Shown here piece after piece: positions 9,025 through 17,873 of a DNA stretch of 34,858 nt (position 1 is the first letter of the stretch; the number at the start of each line of letters is the position of its first letter). Both the position numbers and the translations under genes were made by a program. Under the pieces are notes generated by a model, which saw nothing but the letters and a program-made list of their open reading frames with translations, was not told where the DNA came from and searched no databases. Source of the stretch: a virus (Duplodnaviria; Heunggongvirae; Uroviricota; Caudoviricetes); the IMG/VR virus record IMGVR_UViG_3300042892_004104; one strand, given 5' to 3'.

Positions 9025-9701
9025 GCAACGACATCAAAATGATTCTGGACCGATTGGCGCTAGTAGAAGCCAAAATATCGCCTGCCATGCCCAAGATGCC
9101 AGGACTAAATTCACAACAAAAGTCTGTGGGACAATTGCCTGCACTATTCAAACCCAAAAGTGCGTCTCCTGTATTGGGCAGCCGAACTGACCCAAAAAAT
9201 CCCTTTCGTGGTAAATTGGTAGGAGACAGCCGTGAACCTCGTGCAACCAGTCTTGCTGAAACCATGCAAGAGATTGAAGAAGACATGCTGGGCAAGGTCA
9301 AACGTGACTTTGTGGATTATCTAGAGAGTTTAGAAGATCGCAACAAGATTGACAAGGACTTGGTAAGCAAGGCCAAAAAAGAACTTGGCATGATCAGCAA
9401 GGCTGACGAAGATGTAGCAAATCCAGATTCGTTTCAGGACACTGAACTGGCACACGACATTGATCAAACTGCTGCCAGTCAAGCCGTGGCAGCAGAACAA
9501 CCGGTCAAAACAGTGGCCATGGAAGACGGTGCTGTGTTGGAAATCTACGGCGACCAGGGTCGAGGATTTGAAATACGGCACAGCGGTCGTAGTATGGCCA
9601 CTCGTTTTCCCAATATTGATCATGCTGACCTGGCAGTGAAACTGTTCCAGCAACGTCGACGTAAACAAGATCTTTCTCGAGACTATGTTGACGAGGCCTA
9701 A
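9021..9701 (+). CDS. Hypothetical charged protein, possibly head-internal
   Basis: ATGA overlap with dps; LVE and SLAE candidate cleavage motifs; E/K-rich. Confidence 0.55.
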   Translation: MSNDIKMILDRLALVEAKISPAMPKMPGLNSQQKSVGQLPALFKPKSASPVLGSRTDPKNPFRGKLVGDSREPRATSLAETMQEIEEDMLGKVKRDFVDYLESLEDRNKIDKDLVSKAKKELGMISKADEDVANPDSFQDTELAHDIDQTAASQAVAAEQPVKTVAMEDGAVLEIYGDQGRGFEIRHSGRSMATRFPNIDHADLAVKLFQQRRRKQDLSRDYVDEA

Positions 9702-9702
9702 C

Positions 9703-9774
9703 ATGTTGTTTAATAATCTTTTTGAATCTGCCATACACATGCCAGCAGCATCTGCTGCTCCTCGGACACATTGA
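9703..9774 (+). pseudogene. 23-aa ORF MLFNNLFES..., possible remnant of a longer internal-protein gene
   Basis: Starts 2 nt after the previous stop, has an LFE N-terminal motif and ends where the structured region begins. Confidence 0.3.
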
Positions 9775-9860
9775 ACATCCTTAGGACCGCACTAGTTGCG
9801 TGATGTAGGCGGCTTCTGCCTTGGAGAAACAATTCGCTACTGCGTATCCAGAAAGAGCAA
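9755..9860 (+). ncRNA. Candidate structured non-coding RNA, family unassigned
   Basis: Helices TGCTC(9756-60)/GAGCA(9855-59), ACATC(9775-79)/GATGT(9802-06), CGCA/TGCG, AGGCGG/CTGCCT and TGGA/TCCA in the longest non-coding gap of this region. Confidence 0.4.
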
Positions 9861-9867
9861 TAATACT

Positions 9868-9896
9868 TTGACATCTCCTACTGTATCAGTTATACT
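9868..9896 (+). promoter_or_regulatory. sigma70-type promoter
   Basis: TTGACA-17 nt-TATACT upstream of the replication block. Confidence 0.8.
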
Positions 9897-9920
9897 AGCT
9901 GAATACTTTAGGAGATTTCT

Positions 9921-10184
9921 ATGGACCAACCAAAAACATTCAACGGCGATCAAAAGATCAAACTGATTCAAATTATCAATGAGGGCATGCAAGTGACTCA
10001 AGAAATTGAAACACTCACGGGTGGACTCAATGACACCATCAAGGCCATTGCAGAAGAACTTGAAATCAAGCCGGGTGTGTTGAAAAAAGCCATCCGGCTG
10101 GCACACAAAGCCGAATTTGGTAAAGCCAAACAGGATCACGAATTGCTAGAAACAATTCTTGAGACTGTGGGCAAAACACTATAA
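9921..10184 (+). CDS. Small dsDNA-binding protein, T4 DsbA/GapR(DUF2312)-like
   Basis: 87-aa helical protein with pattern L..LIQ...E.......L...IK.IAEELEIKPGVLKKAIRL; SD AGGAGA; sits before the DNA polymerase. Confidence 0.55.
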   Translation: MDQPKTFNGDQKIKLIQIINEGMQVTQEIETLTGGLNDTIKAIAEELEIKPGVLKKAIRLAHKAEFGKAKQDHELLETILETVGKTL

Positions 10185-10187
10185 GTA
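10180..10187 (+). promoter_or_regulatory. Late-promoter variant TATAAGTA upstream of the polymerase leader
   Basis: One mismatch to TATAAATA; the same variant occurs at 22274, 33771 and 34382. Confidence 0.4.
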
Positions 10188-10255
10188 TTGCAGCAATACC
10201 GAGTCGCTCACGTTACGAGCATGAATCACGGCCCACCGGCCATAAACGGAGATAC

Positions 10256-12919
10256 ATGAGTTATATTGACAGTCTTTTTGATCGTGCCCACGATCGCATT
10301 CACGTGGTAGAACGCCGCAATGGTACCCGAGTCTACAGAGAATATCCAGCAAACTTTGTGTTCTACTATGATGACCCCAGAGGCAAACATCGTAGCATAT
10401 ATGACACACCAGTGTCAAGATTCAGTACCAAAAACAACAAAGAGTTTCGCAAAGAAGTCAGCATGCATTCCAGCAAGCAATTGTATGAAAGCGACATCAA
10501 TCCAATCTTTCGTTGTTTAGAAGACAACTACAAAGGACAAGATGCTCCGGACTTGCACACAGCATTTTTTGACATCGAAGTAGACTTCAACAAGGATCGC
10601 GGATTCTCACCTGTGGACGATCCGTTCAATCCCATCACTGCCATATCAGTGTACCTGAACTGGCTGGATCAAATGATCACCATGGCTGTGCCACCCAAGC
10701 ACATGAGCATGGAGACCGCACAAGAACTGGTTGCTGACTTTGACAACACATTCTTGTTTGAAGACGAGCGTGACATGATCAAGATGTTTCTGGACTTGAT
10801 TGACGACGCAGATGTCTTGAGTGGCTGGAACTCAGAAGGCTACGATATCCCCTACACCATCAACAGAACCATCCGAGTTCTCAGCAAGGATGATACTCGC
10901 AAGTTCTGTCTCTGGGGCCAACATCCCAAGAAACGCATGTTCGAACGCTTTGGTGCTGAACAAGAAACCTATGACCTGGTGGGACGAGTGCATATGGACT
11001 ATATGCAATTGTATCGCAAGTATACCTATGAAGAACGTCACAGTTATAGTCTGGATGCCATTGCTGAATACGAACTGGGCGAGCACAAGACACAGTTTGA
11101 AGGCACTCTGGATCAGTTATACAATCAACACTTCAAGAAGTTTATTGAATACAACCGCCAAGATACTGCACTCTTGGACAAACTGGACAAGAAACTGCGC
11201 TTCCTAGAACTGGCCAATGAACTGGCACATGCCAACACTGTGCTACTGCAGACCACAATGGGTGCTGTGGCAGTGACTGAGCAGGCTATTATTGTGGAAG
11301 CACATGAACGTGGCATGGTTGTGCCCAACCGCAAGCAACGCAACGATACAGAAGACAATCAAGCAGCCGGTGCCTATGTTGCGTATCCCAAAAAAGGTCT
11401 GCATGAATGGGTGGGATCAGTTGACATCAACAGCTTGTATCCTTCAGCCATTCGGGCACAGAACATGGGGCCGGAAACTATCGTGGGACAGTTGCGCCAG
11501 ACCATGACTGATCATTACATTCGAGAAAAGATGGCCAAGAACGGGGGCAAGTTTGCAGATGCCTGGGAGAACTTGTTTGGCAGTCTTGAATACACCGCTG
11601 TGATGAATACAGAGGTTGGCACAGAGATCACTATTGACTGGCAAGACGGCTCAGAAAGCACACATTCAGCAGCAGAGATCTGGAAACTGATCTTTGACAG
11701 CCACCAGCCCTGGATACTCACTGCCAATGGCACTATTATCACCTACGAGAAAAAAGGTATTATTCCCGGATTGCTGGAACGTTGGTATTCAGAACGCAAG
11801 GACATGCAGGCCAAGAAAAAAGCAGCAACAGATCCCAAGGACATTGCGTTCTGGGACAAGCGACAACTGGTCAAGAAGATCAACTTGAACAGCTTGTATG
11901 GTGCTATCTTGAATCCTGGCTGTAGATTTTTTGACAAACGCATTGGACAATCAACCACACTCACAGGTCGTGCAATTGCTCGACACATGGATGCATACAT
12001 CAACGAGTGTATCACTGGCAAATATGATCACGTGGGTGAAGCAGTTATCTATGGAGACACAGACTCGTGCTATTTTAGTGCATGGTCTGTGTTGAAAAAC
12101 GAAGTAGAACAAGGTCGCATGACCTGGAGCAAGGAAACTTGCATTGCCTTGTATGATTCAATTGCAGATCAGGTGAATGATTCGTTCCCAGGCTTTATGG
12201 AGCAGGCATTTCATTGTCCGCGAGACATGGGCGAGCTGATCAAGTGTGGTCGTGAGATGGTTGCAGATCGCAGCCTGTTTATTACCAAGAAGCGTTATGC
12301 TGTGAACATCATTGACCTCGAAGGCAAGCGGCTGGATGTCGACGGCAAGATTGGCAAGACCAAGGCCACTGGCCTGGATCTAAAACGCAGTGACACTCCC
12401 AAGGTCATTCAAGAGTTCTTGTTGGAAATTCTAAACAAGATCTTGAGTGGTACACAACGTGACGATGTGATTGAACATATTCGCAAGTTCAAGTATGAGT
12501 TCATGGAGCGGCCAGGTTGGGAGAAAGGTTCACCCAAGCGTGTGAACAACTTGACCAAGTATGGTGCTGCGGAAGCAGCGCAAGGTCGAGCCAACATGCC
12601 AGGTCATGTGCGAGCTGCCTTAAACTGGAACAACATGCGAAAGATGAACGGCGACAACTACAGCATGCAGATTGTGGATGGCATGAAAACCATTGTGTGC
12701 AAGCTCAAGTCAAATGCGCTGGGCTGGACTTCAATTGGATATCCCACAGATGAACAACGCTTGCCCACCTGGTTTACAGAACTGCCATTTGACAACAGTC
12801 TAATGGAAGCCACAGTTGTGGATCAAAAGATTGACAACCTGCTGGGCGTACTGGAATGGGATCTGGCGTCTGTGACCAACACTGACAACACATTTACAAA
12901 TTTATTTTCTTTTGAATGA
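10256..12919 (+). CDS. 43: Family B DNA polymerase (T4 gp43-like)
   Basis: ExoI FFDIEVD, ExoII GWNSEGYDIPY, ExoIII YNRQD, polymerase motifs DINSLYPS, KINLNSLYG, YGDTDS, KKRYA; no intein. Confidence 0.97.
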   Translation: MSYIDSLFDRAHDRIHVVERRNGTRVYREYPANFVFYYDDPRGKHRSIYDTPVSRFSTKNNKEFRKEVSMHSSKQLYESDINPIFRCLEDNYKGQDAPDLHTAFFDIEVDFNKDRGFSPVDDPFNPITAISVYLNWLDQMITMAVPPKHMSMETAQELVADFDNTFLFEDERDMIKMFLDLIDDADVLSGWNSEGYDIPYTINRTIRVLSKDDTRKFCLWGQHPKKRMFERFGAEQETYDLVGRVHMDYMQLYRKYTYEERHSYSLDAIAEYELGEHKTQFEGTLDQLYNQHFKKFIEYNRQDTALLDKLDKKLRFLELANELAHANTVLLQTTMGAVAVTEQAIIVEAHERGMVVPNRKQRNDTEDNQAAGAYVAYPKKGLHEWVGSVDINSLYPSAIRAQNMGPETIVGQLRQTMTDHYIREKMAKNGGKFADAWENLFGSLEYTAVMNTEVGTEITIDWQDGSESTHSAAEIWKLIFDSHQPWILTANGTIITYEKKGIIPGLLERWYSERKDMQAKKKAATDPKDIAFWDKRQLVKKINLNSLYGAILNPGCRFFDKRIGQSTTLTGRAIARHMDAYINECITGKYDHVGEAVIYGDTDSCYFSAWSVLKNEVEQGRMTWSKETCIALYDSIADQVNDSFPGFMEQAFHCPRDMGELIKCGREMVADRSLFITKKRYAVNIIDLEGKRLDVDGKIGKTKATGLDLKRSDTPKVIQEFLLEILNKILSGTQRDDVIEHIRKFKYEFMERPGWEKGSPKRVNNLTKYGAAEAAQGRANMPGHVRAALNWNNMRKMNGDNYSMQIVDGMKTIVCKLKSNALGWTSIGYPTDEQRLPTWFTELPFDNSLMEATVVDQKIDNLLGVLEWDLASVTNTDNTFTNLFSFE

Positions 12920-13860
12920 AACTAAGCGAAATAGTAGCATATTTGAATCTGCTGGAATCTCTGCAGGTGCATGAAGAGGCCAGCGAAGCCACACGTAAAC
13001 TGGCCGCTGTGTTGCATGTGGTAGCAAATCATGCAGTGCAGGTCAACACTTGCAGTCAAGATCTTGAACAAGACTTTGACGCAGTAAAGACTGCTCTTGA
13101 TAGTTTTGATACCACACTGACTCAAATAAAACAACGGCTAACTCAGATGCTGCATGAACAAGAGCCTGCGTACTTAACTGAAAGTTTTAGACTGTTTGAT
13201 CAAGAGATGCGACACGACAGCGTAACATACACATTGAGTCGTCGTCTTGCAATTGATGCAGAATCTAACATTGTGTTGAGATTTCGATTGAAAAATTTAA
13301 CCGACTGGCGCTGGCCTGGCATGATTATCGGCCCGGGTACAGAAACTTTTATTGAAGACCTAGTGCCATTGGATCCGTTGTATGTTGTGGACCAGCATGC
13401 AGATCTAATGTTGCCATCGGTGCAGAAGTTTACGGTGGAGTATCAGCGAAGATTGCGTCAGTATGTGGTACATGATCATGTACCACAGCCAATCTTGAAC
13501 GAGTTGCCCAATGGCCAATTTGGTTTGATATTTGCCTACAACTACTTTAACTATCGCCCTATGGAAGTGATTCGACGATATCTGCAAGAGATTGCTGTCA
13601 AACTCAGACCAGGCGGCACGTTTATTATGACCTACAACAACTGCGATCGTGCACATGGTATTGGTCTTGCTGAACGATCCTGGATGTGCTACACTCCAAA
13701 AAGACTGATAGTTGCTGTCGCTGAATCACATGGGCTTGAACTAGTGAATAGCCATGACGCTTCTGGAGATGTCAGCTGGCTGGAATTTGTTCGGCCAGGC
13801 GAACTAGAAACCTTACGAGGCGGCCAAAGCCTTGCCAAAATAATTGCTATCTCGCAATAA
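12916..13860 (+). CDS. Class I SAM-methyltransferase-like protein with N-terminal coiled coil
   Basis: MIIGPG (degenerate motif I), LPNGQFGLIFAYNYFNY, KLRPGGTFIMTY; ATGA overlap with the polymerase. Confidence 0.65.
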   Translation: MKLSEIVAYLNLLESLQVHEEASEATRKLAAVLHVVANHAVQVNTCSQDLEQDFDAVKTALDSFDTTLTQIKQRLTQMLHEQEPAYLTESFRLFDQEMRHDSVTYTLSRRLAIDAESNIVLRFRLKNLTDWRWPGMIIGPGTETFIEDLVPLDPLYVVDQHADLMLPSVQKFTVEYQRRLRQYVVHDHVPQPILNELPNGQFGLIFAYNYFNYRPMEVIRRYLQEIAVKLRPGGTFIMTYNNCDRAHGIGLAERSWMCYTPKRLIVAVAESHGLELVNSHDASGDVSWLEFVRPGELETLRGGQSLAKIIAISQ

Positions 13861-13872
13861 ATCCTATATACT
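13844..13872 (+). promoter_or_regulatory. sigma70-type promoter for the clamp-dpdA-GT operon
   Basis: TTGCTA-17 nt-TATACT, then SD AAGGAGA before ATG 13892. Confidence 0.6.
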
Positions 13873-13891
13873 AACACACAAGGAGAATTTT

Positions 13892-14614
13892 ATGAAAGAC
13901 TGTCTTAAAGACTTGGTAGAACACACATTTGATCTAGGCTGCATTGACCTGGTCAAGATCACTGGCACGGATGCCGACACTGAGATTTCGGCCTTGGCCG
14001 AAGACCTAAGTGTTGTGGTGCAAGCAAAGTTTCACAACCCTGTGGCTGACTTTGTGGGCACATTTGGCATGCCTAATCTGGGCAAACTCAAGACCCTGCT
14101 GAACTTGCAGGAGTATCGTGAAGATGCCAAACTCAGCATCACTCGCAGAGTCGGTGGCGAACTAGATGGCATCAACTTTGAAAACAAAGCAGGTGATTTC
14201 AAGAACAACTATCGTTTCATGGCCGAGGGCATTGTAAATGAAAAGCTCAAGACTGCTAAATTTCGTGGAGCCAATTGGCACATTGAGTTTGAACCAACCA
14301 ATGCTGCCATTCAACGACTCAAATGGCAAATGAGTGCCAACGCAGAAGAACCCAATTTCCAGGCCAAGACCGAAAACGGCGATCTCAAATTCTTCTTTGG
14401 TGACCACAGTACCCATGCTGGTAACTTTGTGTTCCAGGCAGGAGTAACTGGTCAACTCAAGCGTTCCTGGTCATGGCCTGCCCGGCAGTTTGCTAGTATC
14501 ATGGATTTAACTGGCGACAAAGTTGTTCGCATCAGCGACGACGGTGCAGCACAGATCACTGTGGATTCTGGCATGGCAGTGTACAACTACATTCTGCCTG
14601 CACAGAGCAAGTGA
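13892..14614 (+). CDS. 45: DNA polymerase sliding clamp (gp45/PCNA-like)
   Basis: About 240 aa, two-domain beta-alpha-beta pattern, C-terminal YNYILPA, position near the polymerase. Confidence 0.7.
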   Translation: MKDCLKDLVEHTFDLGCIDLVKITGTDADTEISALAEDLSVVVQAKFHNPVADFVGTFGMPNLGKLKTLLNLQEYREDAKLSITRRVGGELDGINFENKAGDFKNNYRFMAEGIVNEKLKTAKFRGANWHIEFEPTNAAIQRLKWQMSANAEEPNFQAKTENGDLKFFFGDHSTHAGNFVFQAGVTGQLKRSWSWPARQFASIMDLTGDKVVRISDDGAAQITVDSGMAVYNYILPAQSK

Positions 14615-14823
14615 TGGAAACCAAAAAAAGAACCATAGTCAGAATGCTGACTTATAGATTAACTGCTTGGTCATTTACTATACTATGGACTTATATGTTT
14701 ACAGGCAACATTGCCAATGCCACGGGATTTGCTACTGCACTACACATTCTTTTAAGCGTTGACTATTACATTCATGAACGAATTTGGCTCAAAATCAAAT
14801 GGGGTCAAGTTGACTCAAGATAA
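14614..14823 (+). CDS. DUF2061-like small membrane protein
   Basis: R....K/R..TYR...two hydrophobic helices...YYIHERIW..IKWG signature. Confidence 0.7.
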   Translation: METKKRTIVRMLTYRLTAWSFTILWTYMFTGNIANATGFATALHILLSVDYYIHERIWLKIKWGQVDSR

Positions 14824-15010
14824 TCTTATTGATCCGCTAACCAGGTACCGGGTATTACAAGAAGAAATAAGTATTCTTCAAGAACGTGTGCGCCCAACTG
14901 ACACTGGGCACATACGTACTACAATTAGTCAATTGAGAGAACGTTGTGAAGAAATTGAAAATCAGCTTTCTCCTGATATAAAAACCTGGGTGTTATTAAA
15001 TAAAAAATGA
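14810..15010 (+). CDS. Hypothetical protein
   Basis: Probable TTG start; RPTDTGHIRTTI motif; ATGA overlap with dpdA. Confidence 0.5.
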   Translation: MTQDNLIDPLTRYRVLQEEISILQERVRPTDTGHIRTTISQLRERCEEIENQLSPDIKTWVLLNKK

Positions 15011-16701
15011 CCAAACAAGATAATCTCACTGCCAAGCAGAACGACTATGCTGTGTTTCTGCCAGCCATTTCCGGTTTCTATGCCACCTTTGTGGGCAAAC
15101 AACGCAACGAGCCGTATGTAGATCCTGCAAGATTTCCACAGGGATTGACAGACATGGAACAGCTGAACTGGCTCAACAGTCAGAAGGCATTGTTTCCATA
15201 TCAATGGAGTTTGTATTCAGCAGGACATGCCAACTTGGATTTGACCAAACAAGATTGGTCTGAGGACATGGTTCGTAATCGCGAACCAGGCACGTTCATG
15301 CTGGGTGACTCTGGTGGATTCCAAATTGCCAAAGGTTTGTGGGAAGGTGAATGGCGTGATCCAACCAGTCAAGCAGTACAAGACAAAATGGCTGCATTGA
15401 TTGCACAAGGTCCAACTGAGGTGATCAATGCCAAAGGTAAAAAAATCAAAAAAGACCCAGCAGCTGACTATCAAAAGTTGTTGGATGCTGCTCAGAAAAA
15501 ACGTGACACAGTGTTGCGTTGGTTAGACAGCATTGCGGACTATGGAATGATTCTTGATATTCCTACCTGGGTCATACACGATAAAAAATCCAGCCAGGCC
15601 TGTGGTATTAGCACACTAGATGAAGCTGTTGCAGCAACCAAATACAACAACTTGTATTTTATGGCACACCGTCGAGGTGCCAAAGAAGGTGGAGCCCGGT
15701 TCTTGAATGTGTTGCAAGGCGATGGTCATGCCAGTGCCGAAGACTGGTATCAGGAAATGAAAGAATTTTGTGATCCTGCTGTGTATCCCAGCACACACTT
15801 TGACGGCTGGGCCATGGGCGGACAAAACATGTGCGATGTTCAACTGATACTGACTCGACTGGTTGCACTTCGTTATGACAATCTGTTACAGCAAGGAGTG
15901 CATGATTGGATGCACTTCTTGGGAACATCAAAGTTGGAATGGGCTGTGCTACTCACCGTGATTCAAAGGGCTGTTAGAAAATACGTTAATCCGAGTTTTA
16001 CTATATCCTTTGATTGTGCCAGCCCATTCCTCGCCACAGCCAATGGTCAGGTGTATTATGAGAATGTGTTCGAACATGATTCAAAATGGTCATATCGCAT
16101 GGCACCTGTGTTGGATGACAAAAAGTATTCACAAGATACTCGCAAGTGGAGTGCGGGATTGTTGGCTGATCTGCCGAGCACAAGTAATATCAAAAACTGG
16201 CAAGACAGTCCCATCAGTGACATGCTCAAGATGAAAGATATTTGCATCTACGGACCAGGTGATCTAAATAAAAATGGCAAAGAAGGCAAAACATCGTGGG
16301 ACAGTTTTAGTTATGCGCTGCTCATGGGTCACAATGTTTGGATGCACTTGACTGCTGTGCAGGAAGCCAACAGACGTTTTGATGCAGGAGAACACCCTGC
16401 TATGATGCAACGTGACGGCGGCGATTACGAGTATTTTGAAAACATTGTAGAAGAAATTTTTTCAGCACCAGACAGAGCCAGTGCTATGGCTGTTATTGAA
16501 CGGCCTGCTTACACAGGCAAGACTGGTTACTGGAATCAGATTGTTGGCACCCGTGGATTCAAGGGCAAAAACACCACCAACTCTCATAGCCAATTTAATG
16601 CGCTGTTTGATTTAGAGCAAACCGATATTGACGATAATGCAGACGATAGTGTACAATTGAATGAAGCAGCACTAACACAACTAGAACAGGATCAGACATG
16701 A
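15007..16701 (+). CDS. dpdA: TGT-superfamily transglycosylase, most likely DNA 7-deazaguanine-inserting DpdA
   Basis: Full TGT catalytic series DSGGFQ, ILDIP, VLQG, GWAMGG, HFLG, SFDCASP and late HN; lacks the CxCxxC zinc motif of tRNA TGTs; clustered with folE/queD/queE. Confidence 0.85.
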   Translation: MTKQDNLTAKQNDYAVFLPAISGFYATFVGKQRNEPYVDPARFPQGLTDMEQLNWLNSQKALFPYQWSLYSAGHANLDLTKQDWSEDMVRNREPGTFMLGDSGGFQIAKGLWEGEWRDPTSQAVQDKMAALIAQGPTEVINAKGKKIKKDPAADYQKLLDAAQKKRDTVLRWLDSIADYGMILDIPTWVIHDKKSSQACGISTLDEAVAATKYNNLYFMAHRRGAKEGGARFLNVLQGDGHASAEDWYQEMKEFCDPAVYPSTHFDGWAMGGQNMCDVQLILTRLVALRYDNLLQQGVHDWMHFLGTSKLEWAVLLTVIQRAVRKYVNPSFTISFDCASPFLATANGQVYYENVFEHDSKWSYRMAPVLDDKKYSQDTRKWSAGLLADLPSTSNIKNWQDSPISDMLKMKDICIYGPGDLNKNGKEGKTSWDSFSYALLMGHNVWMHLTAVQEANRRFDAGEHPAMMQRDGGDYEYFENIVEEIFSAPDRASAMAVIERPAYTGKTGYWNQIVGTRGFKGKNTTNSHSQFNALFDLEQTDIDDNADDSVQLNEAALTQLEQDQT

Positions 16702-17195
16702 AGCGTGAAGGACATCAGGACGTCAAGTTGTTTCGTGGTATTGAAGTAGAAAAAACTCCTGCATACGGCAAGAAGACGCTGTTTGTGGTAGGTGTTCAGC
16801 CCACTGATCACATAGCTTCAAATTTGGAAAATTGTGAGCACATCTTTTTTGGTGCCAATCACAGTTTTGATCCTCAAGATAATCTGGACTGGGCACGTTG
16901 GGAAGGCATGATTGGACATTTTCTTGCCAAAGGATATTTGTGCAGTCTTGATATCCCAATGAGCGCTGTGGAAGAATTTCACGAAAACGGTTTGTGTGAG
17001 TACCGAAACTTTATTCCGCAGATCAGGGTAAGCGTTCCATACACCAAGTTGTGGAACTATAACACAATGATCAAGATTGACGACAACGACTTTGACGCTA
17101 CCAATCCTGGTGTTTGGTGTCATAGTTTGCACAGCTTGATGAGCAGAGAAACATTCACTGACTGGGATCAGTACAACAAGGACCAAACCATATGA
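16698..17195 (+). CDS. Hypothetical protein coupled between dpdA and dpdL
   Basis: ATGA overlaps on both sides; N-terminus loosely resembles the QueE N-terminus. Confidence 0.7.
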   Translation: MKREGHQDVKLFRGIEVEKTPAYGKKTLFVVGVQPTDHIASNLENCEHIFFGANHSFDPQDNLDWARWEGMIGHFLAKGYLCSLDIPMSAVEEFHENGLCEYRNFIPQIRVSVPYTKLWNYNTMIKIDDNDFDATNPGVWCHSLHSLMSRETFTDWDQYNKDQTI

Positions 17196-17635
17196 ACCAA
17201 CAACAAAGATCAACTGTAGATAGAATTATGTCGGCCGCTGAACGAAAAATTTGGGTAACTTTCTCTAAAGAAGGCATCCATTGCTATCCTGCTGCTGCAA
17301 CTGATCCTGCCTTGGCCACTGGCAATGAGTACGATGTCAGCTTTTTGGCCAATCCTCATCGCCATATATTTCACTTTAGAGTCTGGATTGATGTTGTACA
17401 CAACGATCGAGACATCGAATTCATTCAGTTCAAACGTTGGTTGGAAAATCTCTACAGAGATGGCACACTACAACTAGACTATAAATCTTGCGAAATGATG
17501 TCAGATGATCTGTACATTCAAATTGCAGCAAAGTATCCTGATCGTGCGGTCTGGATTGAGGTATCCGAAGATGGTGAAAACGGAGCTTTAATAAAATATC
17601 AAACTCACCGCCCTGTGCAATCTCTTGCAATTTAA
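17192..17635 (+). CDS. dpdL: QueD-like T-fold protein with LxxxHRHxF motif; probable CDG decarboxylase DpdL
   Basis: LANPHRHIF at 17345-17371, plus SCEMM and VSEDGENGA (QueD-like TSENLA and V.E). A canonical queD is present separately. Confidence 0.7.
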   Translation: MNQQQRSTVDRIMSAAERKIWVTFSKEGIHCYPAAATDPALATGNEYDVSFLANPHRHIFHFRVWIDVVHNDRDIEFIQFKRWLENLYRDGTLQLDYKSCEMMSDDLYIQIAAKYPDRAVWIEVSEDGENGALIKYQTHRPVQSLAI

Positions 17636-17645
17636 GGAAAAACAA

Positions 17646-17873
17646 ATGGCCAAGCCGCTTATCAAACCCAATCAACGTCTTACAGAAATCTTTGAGGATC
17701 TCGAACAATATCTGGAGTTCTGTCAGGACTACGGATACCGCTACAACGAAGCGGATCTCTACAACTTCAAGAGTTATGCCTGGCAACAGTTCAGCAAACA
17801 TGCTCAAGGCAAGAATGCCAAAAACATGTGGTGGGAAGACGCTCGTCGACTTGCAGGATTTCGTCCAGCATGA
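17646..17873 (+). CDS. Hypothetical protein
   Basis: SD AAGGA; ATGA overlap with the next gene. Confidence 0.65.
   Translation: MAKPLIKPNQRLTEIFEDLEQYLEFCQDYGYRYNEADLYNFKSYAWQQFSKHAQGKNAKNMWWEDARRLAGFRPA

Noticed and set aside
9795-9835. Hammerhead ribozyme (TGATG...hairpin...GAAAC)
   Set aside because: The core reads GUGAUGU rather than CUGANGA, GAAA does not directly follow stem II, and no stem I/III with a cleavage triplet was found.
15007-16701. Annotating the TGT-like gene as queuine tRNA-ribosyltransferase (tgt)
   Set aside because: It lacks the CxCxxC zinc site and is much longer; no queA/queG/queF in the window; replication-operon context fits DpdA better. Not formally excluded.
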